A DNA stretch of 64,000 nt, taken from Lytechinus pictus (taxonomy: Eukaryota). This document shows, piece by piece, positions 51,814 through 62,391 of the stretch. Position 1 is the first letter of the stretch. Every line of letters begins with the position of its first letter. The stretch spans positions 25,980,001 to 26,044,000 of the forward strand of contig NC_087252.1 in NCBI RefSeq assembly GCF_037042905.1. Reading direction: 5' to 3'. Position numbers and translations under genes: made by a program. The notes under the pieces are model-generated. The model searched no databases. It was not told where the DNA came from and worked only from the letters and a program-made list of their open reading frames with translations.

Positions 51814-53049
51814 CGCGCGCGTGTTGTGTTTGTATGTATTTTCTTATTTACTCTTTAGATTATCATTGTAAATATTTGTTTTCATCTCATTATTGTAATG
51901 TACTTTATAAGGGGCCCCTCTCACAAGCTCTGCTTCTATGGGGTCCCAAACCTATCATGTATTCTCATTTTTGTTAAACTATGTAATATGTTTTTTGTTC
52001 TTGATTGGTTTGAATAAAATTGAACTTGAACTTGATCTAACCAATGGACAGATTACAGTCTACACAGACCATACTCCTCTTGTGTTTTTGGAGAAATTCA
52101 AAACAAAGAATCAACGACTGTATAGATGGAATATAATGCTCCATCAATACAGTCGTTGATTCTTTGTTTTGAATTTCTCTAAAAACACAAGATGATTATG
52201 GTCTGTGCAGACTGTAATCTGTCCATTGGTTAGATACACCTCAAACTGCCGAAGAGCAAGTACGAGATTCAGGGCTTCTTTTCAATAGTTGAGTACTTCT
52301 TCCGAAACCGATTGAGTTTCTTAGAGAAGTAGCACACTGGTTTTTCGATGCATTCTTCATCTTCTTGGAGCAATACTGTTCCTACTCCAACATCACATGC
52401 ATCTACAGCTACCTTGAATGGCTTTTTGATGTTTGGAGCTGCCAAAACAGGCTCATTTACCAAAATGGCCATTAATTTCTCAAATGATTTCTGACAGTCG
52501 TCAAACCAAACATAGCAGGTTTGTAAGAGGGCTAACCACTCTACTGTAATTTTGAACAAATTTAATGCAGAAGCCACTCATACCTAAGAACCAGAGTATT
52601 TCTTTCTTAGTTGTGAGAATTGGGAAGTCTAAGATAGCTTGTATCTTGGCTTCCCTTGGTAGCACTTGCCCCTGACCAACCACATGACCAAGATATGTGA
52701 CATTTGCCTTGGGAAGTTCACTCTTCTTTAGATTCACTACTAGGTTGGCTTTATCCAGCCTGTCAAACAGTGCTCTCAAACGACCCAGATGGTCTTTCCA
52801 AGTATCATTGTACACTAGGATGTCGTCTATGTATACGACACAATTGTCAAGCCCAGCAATCACTTGATTTTATTTTTACCTTTGGAAGGTTGCTGGTGCA
52901 TTTTTTAATTCCAAAAGGCATGACTTTGCACTGAAATAAGACTTCAGGTGTAACAAAGGCTGATATCTCTTTGGCTCAGTCAATCAGTTGCACTTGCCAA
53001 TATCCACTAAGCAAGTCTATCTTTGTGATATAGGCAGAATTTCCAAATC

Positions 53050-54384
53050 TATAATGTCCTCCAGAACAGCTGGATCCTCAGTCGAGGTCCTCCTGCCAGC
53101 CATTTCGGCCCATTATCCTCGATATGGCTATGTGGCAGGAGGCGGGACGGCTGCATTAAGACGAGATGCCACCTCCAGCTGCTTGCTTGGTAAGTTGGCT
53201 TTATTTATTCCAAATCCAGGCTGAGGACCTTGTAGCAATCTCCATTAAGTCCAAATCCAGCTTCCTTCTGTTGGTTATTCCCACCCTTGAGAGGAAGAAA
53301 CGGAGAGACTTTGTCGCATATCCTCTGCAGCCGATCTCCACTGGGTAGTAGTATACCTGCCATCCCCTCTCCTTACATTCTGAGATAAGTCCGGCATATT
53401 TTGACGTCTTGTACCATGGGCTGTCTCAATGTTCTCCTCCCGTGGCACAGTCAGTTCACAGAGGATGACCGACTAAGACTGCTTCGACCAGACTACCATA
53501 TCTAGTCGCATGTTGGTAGTGGCAACCTCACTGGGAAAGGTCATCTGCTCATCCAAGTCTGAGACAATTGCCAATCTCTTGCTAGACAAAGGAGCCTACT
53601 AGTGTGTAATCTAGCTTTCCTGTTGGCTCCATTACTTGTTTCAGCCTTCACAAATGAGATCATCGCTGGAGCATTTAGTGGTTTTGTCAGGTTTGCTTTC
53701 TCAATAGTGATCTTTAGGAAATTGCTCAGTTCTTTCAAGATCTCATTGTCCCTCCATGTATGCAATTTGATAGAATGTGTTTCCACATCTATGGCAGTTC
53801 TCGTTCTCGGTCTTGCCCACTTCTTCAGATTATGAAGAGAAGAACGTCGTAGGTTGCTCATAGAAAGAATTTAAGTGTGCCTGTTTCCATTTCCCATATG
53901 TCTTTCCAGAATAGAGACCTTCGTTCTACACACTCCCATCGACACCAAGCTCCCTGCTGCACAAGGCCAACTGCTTTAGCTATACGTCGTTCCTCCTCTT
54001 TGTGACGGATTTCGTCAGAAACCATCTTCCGTTTCATTTTCGTGCTTGCCTTAAAGAAGTACTGGGTTGCATTTATGCCTAGCCCTGCTCTATTGGTTTG
54101 TGTAGGCCCAACCACATCCTTGTGCCTCAGACGAGATTTCATTTCCTCAACTTCTTGCTGGACATTCCCTTTGCGTCCTGTGCGATTGTCTGGCACAGTC
54201 CCCTTAACAAACTGGTCGCTGGAGTCCCTACATGTAAGGGTTGAGTACATGTGAGCCTTTTTCATCATAAACTCCTCTGTAAGTGCTCTCAGGAGTAGCT
54301 TTAGCTTAATGGAATGGCCATAAAAGCTTATGTTTGTTGTGCATGGAGGGATGCTAAGCCACTTCCGGATGTACACTGAGATTC
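53050..54384 (-). mobile_element. 5'-truncated Hero-like (R2-group, restriction-like endonuclease) non-LTR retrotransposon
   Basis: RKWLSIP, RTGRK, LRHKDVVG...RAGLG, QQGAW.RWE, WKDIW, ARDWQL, ELTVP.EENIE, PVEIGCRG, SSAWIW; stop at 53203-53201. Boundaries approximate. Confidence 0.85.
53067..53181 (-). ncRNA. Putative non-circularly permuted hammerhead ribozyme in the 3' UTR
   Basis: CUGAGGA (53081-53075), GAAA (53106-53103) and AUA triplet (53125-53123), each flanked by complementary helices; details in findings. Confidence 0.75.
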
Positions 54385-54781
54385 TTCTAACCTAGGAATT
54401 GGATATAAGTCAGTCTTAGTTACTGCTTTTACCTTTCCGTAATCAACGCAAAATCTCTAAAAGCCGTCTGGCTTTGGAACCATTACAATGGGGGAACTAC
54501 TCTACCAACTGCTCTGACCCGGTTCGATTATGTAATTATCTAACATAAACTGTATTTCCTTATTCACCATTACCAACTTGCTTGGAAAGAGCCTATAAGG
54601 ATTCTATTTGATAGGTTTGATAGATCACCTATGTCTACATCATGTACAGTGAAAGGCGTACACCCTGGTTTTACACACATTCTCATATTCTCTTAACAGG
54701 CGAGATATATCATTTCTCCGATTTTTAGGCGGTGTTTTAATGACTCATCCATATTTCCTTATATTTCTAAGTTAGACAACT

Positions 54782-55755
54782 TTACACCACATGGTTCGTT
54801 CTTAGACTGTTAGATACATATGTATAAGACAATTCATTATCTGTCTTTCCATAGCATTCTTCTTCATGTACATTAACCTGCTTCTTGTCTTCTTTGACCT
54901 GTGGTGTATCTATTGGCTGACTAGCCTCTCGCTCAAAGTATTCTTTCAACATGTTTACATGACAAACTCTTTGAGACTTTCTTCGATCAGGTGTACTGAT
55001 CACATAGTTGACATCATTCAATTTCTTTTTGACTATGTAGGGACCACTAAACCTTTCAAAGGCTCAATCAATCAACCATTAGAAAAAAAAAGACCTACCG
55101 ATGAGCGTAACGGGCATATCATAATCCAAAGCCTCACCTTGCAAATGCAACAACACTAACAATTTGTCTCCAGGCTTGAAACGCCGCTCTTTTGCATTTT
55201 TGTCAGCTTGAGCTTTCATATTTCCCTGCGACACTTGCAAGTGTTACTTAGCCATATCACAAGCTTTTGAGAGCCTTTCTCTAAACTTTGAGACACAGTC
55301 TAGAAGGTTTACATCATCATCCTGAACCTAAACCTCTATTTGACAAGCTTTAGGGGGCCCCTAACCTCATGACCATAGACCAATTCAAATGGCCTGAAAC
55401 ATGTGGACTCATTTGGAGAATCCCTAGTTGCAAACAGTAGAAATCAGATCGCTTTATCCCAGTCATCGGGATAGTCTTCACAATAAGCCCTAATCATGGT
55501 CTCCAGGGTCTGATGATAGCGTTCTAACGTTCCTTGGGACTGTGGGTGATAAGCAGAGGACTTGATCTGCTTTATTCCCAACTCTCTCATAACTTGCTGA
55601 AATATTCCTGACATGAAATTTGACCCTTGGTCAGACTGAATTTCCTTAGGGAGACCATACCGAGTGAAAAACTGCACTAACGCCTGTACCACTGTCTTTG
55701 CGGTGATACTCCTCAAGGGTATCGCCTCTGGAAAACGTGTAGACAAGTCCATAAT
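54782..55755 (-). pseudogene. Gypsy integrase core plus GPY/F region
   Basis: TRFPEAIPL, SDQGSNF, SAYHPQSQGTLER; GPY...NYVI...CHVNMLKEY. The upstream protease and IN zinc finger appear deleted near 55757. Confidence 0.92.
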
Positions 55756-55984
55756 TAAGGATCACCACTGACCTACCAGCAGCACCAGTTGCACCAAGGG
55801 GATACTTCACCATCATACAAAAAGCTTCTAAATCTTTCATCTACCTGCTTGACTTTATCAGCAAATACCATAAAAACACTCAACATCTTGAATGGGCTCT
55901 GATGGGACAAACTCCATTGAGGGAACACTTGTTTGCTTGACAAAACCAATGTCTTTCTCAACTTTGGTTGGCATTCCAACCAAT

Positions 55985-57083
55985 TTTCAACATGGTTCTT
56001 TCAAATGTCCCAAATTATGGCAATGAGTACAAATTTTGGAGCGACGATCATCGGACATTTTGGTTGATTCTGTGCCAGCACAAGCCTGATTTTTGTTAGT
56101 GTCTTTGTCTTTGCTAGCATATTTTCCCTCACCAGGTTTATTTTGGGATTCAAATAACCCTAATACCTTTTTTATCCAATACTAGTAATTATTAAAAGGA
56201 GGCCTATCTCCACTACCTTTATGTGTGACCTCAAATTCATCAGCTACTATGGCTGCTTTACTGACTGCAGTAACTCTATGGCCATCTACGTGATATTTAA
56301 TGCCAAAAGGAAGACTCATTTTGAATACTTCTAGGACAACTTCCCTAAGGTGAACAAAATCTTTGTCAACTTTCAGTGATATGTACCACTTATCGAACAT
56401 CATATCTTGTTCCCTAGCAAATTCAACATACGTCTGGCCTGATTGTCTTTGCATGTTCCTAAATTTATGTCTGTACGATTCTGGTACCAACTCATATGCA
56501 TCGAGATGTTTTTCTTTTACTGTAGCATAGTCACGTGATTGCATTTCAGAGAGTGAAGAATAGACTTTTGCAGCCTTTCCAACAAAAACACTTTGGAGGA
56601 GAAGAGTCCAGTATTCCACAGGCCAATTCAGTCGCTTGACCACTTTTTCAAATGACAAAAAAAAATCAACTCCCTCTTCATCAAATTTTGGCACAAGGCG
56701 AATGTTTTTCTCCACATCAAAACCCTGGGGAGATTTATCTTTAGCAGAGTAAGTATTTGCATGAGCTAATTCCATTTCTATCAGTTTTAATTGGTACTCC
56801 AATCTCATTTTCTCCATTTCAAGGTTTTCTCTGAATCTTTCCTTTTCCAATTAAATGTTCGCCAGTTGGATCTGAGCATCATTTGACATATTGATAGAAG
56901 TTTCAGACTCCTCTGTAAGCTTCGTGTGACTAGCTAACAAGTCAATTATCTCTGCCTTCTTCAAACCTGGGGCTAGAGATACACCCAAATGATCACAAAT
57001 TGTTCATCTTTTTTTCAATGAGTTCAAATGATCATATGACAATTCTGTCATTGCAAGAAATTATTCAACATCAAATGTAGCCA
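55985..57083 (-). pseudogene. Gypsy gag (SCAN-related capsid plus CCHC knuckle)
   Basis: RLVPKFDEE...WP...GKA...AYELVPESYRHKFR; CTHCHNLGHLKEPC near 55992-56033; in-frame stops. Confidence 0.88.
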
Positions 57084-57665
57084 TAGCGGAAAATACAGAA
57101 ATACAAACAAGTAATAGCACAATACAGTATTACAAGACTTTGCATTCCATATTTTTTTAGACTGATTATACTTTTATACATGCTTGGATGTTTGTGTAAA
57201 CTCACAAACTCCAGATAGTAAATTGTTCGAAATTAAGTTCAATGCTCTTTTGTCCATATTGACACAACTCCTTTTGTTTAGAGCTTTATGACCACACACC
57301 CATCACCTGTTTGCACAGATTGATGAGGTAGCCTTATCCCTGCATTGTGGTTACTATTCCTCCTAAGTGACCATAATGAGGTATACCTTATCATCCTTCC
57401 TAGATAATTGCCCCCTGATTTCAGGTGCAAATAAACTTTAATTTTTGTCTCCACCCTTCTTCCCTGATTAGTTGATACATTGTTTAACTCGTCCCCCTGA
57501 TGCAAAACCAAGTGTTGTACCCCAAAATAATTAAGAAAAGACTTCTCTCCTCCGTCTGTAGACGAGAGGACACTGTGTGCTTGGTCTCCCTCGCCATCCC
57601 TTTTTTGGGCTTACCATATGGCCTTTGTTGGGAGTACCTAATATCATAACAACCTTCTTTTTATA

Positions 57666-58451
57666 ATGATGAAACTGATGTTGAAGCACGATGAATAACA
57701 AGAGTCATTGTAACGAGTTGAAATGTCCGTGAAGACAATATTGATGATGATTAACAGTCAAATTCAGCAATCCATGGGTTGAAAAACGTTCATTAAACAG
57801 GTTGATGATCTCGATGAGAACTGAGAATTCCTCTCTCAAAATAACTGCAAACAGTTCATAGATGGCGGGTAAATAATTCCACAGAAGACAAATATTCCAG
57901 GTGGAAATAAACTCTGCTCTGAAATAAAATCTGGCGTGAAACCCTGAGTTCTGATCTGATATGATCTGATCTGATGAAGTGATCTGGGATGATGAAGTGA
58001 TCTGATATGATCAAGTGATGTAATATGATCAAGTGATCTCATATGATGAAGTCCTTGAAGAAACTGCAGTTTATATATACACATTTCAACTATTCTAGAG
58101 ACTTCTAGTATTCACTATTATTTAGAACATTCTCCTTCTTTCTGGAGCATTCTACATTTCTAAAACATTCTTAAATGACCTCAGTGAAATCAACAACATA
58201 GCTAATTATATTGTTCATTTACACCACCACTGGAATCCTATTGTTCTCTTCCACTGCCTGAGGAATCTATTGTTTGCTTTTCCCTATTCAAAAATAAAAC
58301 TCCTTGGCCTTTAAATAGGCAAGAGGCCTGCAGAACAAAAGCTTTTACAAACACGTTCTCGAATGTTCTTTACCATTCTTGGCTATCCTTAAAGAGGAAA
58401 TAACTAAATAAATGAATGTAATTGCTCTTACAATTCTTCTTATATGTAACA
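57666..58451 (-). repeat. 5' LTR
   Basis: Homologous to 46115-47002; begins TGTTACA on the minus strand; internal GATCTGATATGA expansion; PBS not found. Confidence 0.8.
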
Positions 58452-58853
58452 ACATGCACAAACATATATATATCTATATACATAAATACACATATACATA
58501 TATATATATATATATATACAAACAAATGTACATATACACATACATACACATATGATGTACAAACGTGACAAATATGTACAAATAAATATATGTGTATCTA
58601 ATGTGGGGTTTTAGAGGTTTAGAGGGCGCAATTTCTACGTCAAGGCGCATTTTTTTCACCCTCTCAGATTGAGAATTTAAATCGTAAATCATCGGAAAAC
58701 TGATAAGCCATCAAGTTGTGTATTTGGAACAAGATTGAAGGAAAACGTAAATTAAATAACTTGAGACGCTTGGAGTGATTTTTTTCTGAGGAAAAAAGGA
58801 GAAATCTAGCTGAGATTCTGGAAATTTAAGCCACACCCATTCTGATTCTGGAA

Positions 58854-59490
58854 ATGGCTAACGCAAGTGGAACTAAACCCGTTTTTGTTAAATCAGAGGA
58901 TGTTCGAAATGTGAGTACAAAACAAATATCGGGTGAGGAATGATAGAACCTACTAACATATCAGGTATCCAGCAAATACGTAACTTATGGCGTATTTACC
59001 TCGTTCGTCATGAAGATAGAGTGAAAGTGATAATAAGTGGCTTAGAGCTTCGAGGGGCAGTTACCCTTGTACATGACCTCAACCCATTTACCAAAACCAG
59101 GGATAAGAATCTCCTTCGTGTGGTCATCAAGGATATCGCACTCTCAGTAAGTGACCAACTTATCAAGTCTGAGTTGCAAACCAAAAACATTGAAATTCAT
59201 GTTGAAATCATCATTAAAAAACTAAGAGTTAATGGACAACTGACGAGCTGCCTTTATGTAGATAGAGTCATTTTCATCAAACCACCCACCCAGACCCTCC
59301 CTAGGAAATTCGTTTTCGGGAAAGTTTTCGTCGGCCGCCTGTATCATCTTGGACAGCCAGAACAGGGAGTTTGAAGCGTCGCTACATGCTCGAAATGCCT
59401 GGAGAAAGGGCATCACGTATCTTCATGCAAGAATGCAATCAGGTGTTACATCTGTAAAGCGAGCGGGCACGTGATAAACAAGTGCCCAAC
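58854..59490 (+). pseudogene. Tx1-like non-LTR ORF1 relic with two CCHC knuckles; ORF2 absent
   Basis: GIQQIRNLWRIY, DLNPF, GQLTSCL..DR, YHLGQ, CSKCLEKGHHVSSC, CYICKASGHVINKC. Confidence 0.8.
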
Positions 59491-59924
59491 CAACATAGCA
59501 ACGGAAACTACGGACGCCACGGATCTTCGACTAGATGACGATCGCGCGGGACGCGCGTTTCCGTTTTACACCCTGGCCTGGCGAAGGCATTTTCCGCAAA
59601 AATAGCAACAAAGCGACTAGTGAAGAGTCTACACACGTCGCTGGTTGCAGCGTGCGACACACAGTCACAGGCGAGTCCCACACCACCGCATGCAATCTGC
59701 ACAGTTACTGATCAGAGCAAAGAGTTCCTCGGCACTTCATGTACAGAGAACAGTCATATGAGTGAAATCCGAACATGCTTTTTCTAAATATAAATTATTA
59801 ACTAAATGAATAGAATGACAGACAAAATAAAAATAAACGGATACATATAATAGAAAGAAAATTGAAGTTTGATGGATTGACACACTTAGATGCCGAAATA
59901 TACTGTAGATATAGAAGACTGATA

Positions 59925-59956
59925 AATAGATAGAGACATAGATAGATAGATAGATG

Positions 59957-60001
<45 letters not shown>

Positions 60002-60179
60002 GGGGAGAGAACTTGAGATATGGAGGGATGTTATAGATATATATATATATATATATATGGACGGAAAAAAGATAAAAAGAGAAAGAGAGAAAAAAAGACA
60101 GACAGATGGATAGATAGATAGAGGGAGAGAGAGATAGAGAATTTGAAATATATAAAATGTTAGATAGATATATATATAT

Positions 60180-60226
<47 letters not shown>

Positions 60227-60303
60227 TAAAGATAAAGAATGAGAGAGACAGAGAAGATAGACAAATTAACATATAGATAGATACTGCATTTACATATAGA
60301 TAA

Positions 60304-60356
<53 letters not shown>

Positions 60357-60431
60357 AAGATAAAGAATGAGAGAGACAGAGAAGATAGACAAATTAACAG
60401 ATAGATAGATACTGCATTTACATATAGATAA

Positions 60432-60483
<52 letters not shown>

Positions 60484-60762
60484 GGGAGAGAACTTGAGAG
60501 AGGGAGAAATGTTATAGATAGATAGATGTTAGATAGATAAAGAATGAGAGAGACAGAGAAGATTAACAGATAGATAGATAGATAGGGGGAGAGAACTTGA
60601 GAGATGGAGGGATGTTATAGATATATATATATATATATATATGGACGGAAAAAGATAAAAAGAGAAAGAGAGAAAAAAAGACAGACAGATGGATAGATAG
60701 ATAGAGGGAGAGAGAGATAGAGAATTTGAAATATATAAAATGTTAGATAGATATATATATAT

Positions 60763-60813
<51 letters not shown>

Positions 60814-60890
60814 TAAAGATAAAGAATGAGAGAGACAGAGAAGATAGACAAATTAACATATAGATAGATACTGCATTTACATATAGATAA

Positions 60891-60943
<53 letters not shown>

Positions 60944-61018
60944 AAGATAAAGAATGAGAGAGACAGAGAAGATAGACAAATTAACAGATAGATAGATACT
61001 GCATTTACATATAGATAA

Positions 61019-61070
<52 letters not shown>

Positions 61071-61359
61071 GGGAGAGAACTTGAGAGAGGGAGAAATGTT
61101 ATAGATAGATAGATGTTAGATAGATAAAGAATGAGAGAGACAGAGAAGATTAACAGATAGATAGATACTGTAGTTACATAGATAGATAGAGATAGAATTT
61201 GAGAGATAGATAAATAAATAGATAGATATAAGATATATAGATAGATAGAGAGAGGGGGAGAGGAAGAATTTGAGATATAGATAGATGTTAGATGGATAAA
61301 GAATGAGAGATACAGAGCAGAACGACAAATTAACAGATAGATAGATACTGCATTTACAT

Positions 61360-61440
<81 letters not shown>
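59925..61440 (+). repeat. (GATA)n/(TA)n compound microsatellite with a ~584-bp higher-order duplication
   Basis: GGGGGAGAGAACTTGAGA.ATGGAGGGATG recurs at 60001 and 60585; ~120-bp sub-duplications inside. Confidence 0.9.
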
Positions 61441-61443
<3 letters not shown>

Positions 61444-62391
61444 TGTGACGGACTCGCTCGGCGGGCGCGGGTGGTCGGTCCGCCGGCAGCTCGCTCTTGT
61501 CAGGATGCCTGCCGCCGGCGGGTGACTTTTTGCCCCGTCGATTTCCAAACTTTTAGTCGCGGATCCGTTTGGCAGAGATTTACTGCCGCAGTTGACACTT
61601 GCACAAGCCTCGAACCAGTCAGTACCACCACCAAGCAACCTCTAGACGACTTCACTCTGTGTTGTCAGCTCCAACAGCTCACCCGACCATATGCATCTAG
61701 CTTGTGTAGTTAAGCTCTCTCGACCATATGCATCTGATTCCTGTAGTTAAGCTATCTCGACCATAGGTATGGGTTTCTCCGTAGCCAAGCTCCCACGACC
61801 ATACCCATGGACTCTGGTAATTTCCTCCGTCGTCTGCTTACGACCAGTTACTACGTCTGTTCAGTACAGCAACCACGTCTGCTCCGTACTGCAACCACGT
61901 CTGATACCGTTCTGCAACAACGTCTGTTCAGTACTGCAACCACGTCTGTTCAGTACCACGACCACGTCTGATACCGTACTGCAACAACGTCTGTTCAGGA
62001 CTGCAACCACGTCTGTTCAGTACCACGACCACGTCTGATTCCGTACGGCAACCAGTGACATCTGTTCAGTACCGGAAACTACGTCTGGTTCTTCGACCAT
62101 ATGTATGGGTCCTTCTGCAGTCAGGCTCTGACGACCATACCCATTGGCTCTGCTCTACTTGTAGTTTCCACCGTTGTCTGCTCCGGACCTCCGACCGTCT
62201 GCTTCCAGACCAGCAACCATCCGCTTCAGACCAACCCGTCTGCTCCGGACCACCAGCCGTCTGCTCCAGACTCCGAACCGTCCGCTTCCAGACCAACCAG
62301 ACTACCAAAAGAGCAAGCCCTGGTATAGTCTCTTGCTGGCGTGCAAAAGACCCAACATACAAGGAAATCTAACCACAGTCGTCGCCTCACG
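61444..62391. mobile_element. Possible solo LTR or deleted LTR element with a 22-bp minisatellite
   Basis: GC-rich island; imperfect inverted ends TGTGACGGAC / GTCGCCTCAC; ACCACGTCTGTTCAGTACTGCA-type repeats at 61850-62090; no TSD. Confidence 0.4.

Larger units (their letters stand above)
47290..52035 (+). mobile_element. LINE C: Crack/L2/CR1-group retrotransposon, near full length, decayed
   Basis: ORF1 plus ORF2; AATAAA and (TTGAAC)n tail at 52013-52035. Splits an inverted Gypsy RNase H fragment (…TTTGAGGTG | ATCTAACCAATGG). Confidence 0.9.
52150..54660 (-). pseudogene. Gypsy RT and RNase H (RNase H tail displaced to 47180-47242; interrupted by a Hero-like element)
   Basis: KTDLYPIPR, YITKIDLLSGYWQV, VYIDDILV, YLGHVVG, VDACDVGVG, YSTIEK; KNNVIADALSRV at about 47182-47217. 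Confidence 0.9.
46115..58451 (-). mobile_element. Decayed Gmr1-like Ty3/Gypsy LTR retrotransposon
   Basis: Minus-strand order: LTR, gag, truncated protease, IN, RT, RNase H, PPT (GGGGAGG, 47009-47003), LTR. Integrase upstream of RT is the Gmr1-type arrangement. Left boundary approximate. Confidence 0.88.

Noticed and set aside
57240..57665. Primer-binding site for the Gypsy element
   Set aside because: No TGG-initiated tRNA-complementary stretch was found next to the 5' LTR; probably deleted or obscured.
59886..61638. YLSI-repeat ORFs
   Set aside because: Translations of the (GATA)n microsatellite.
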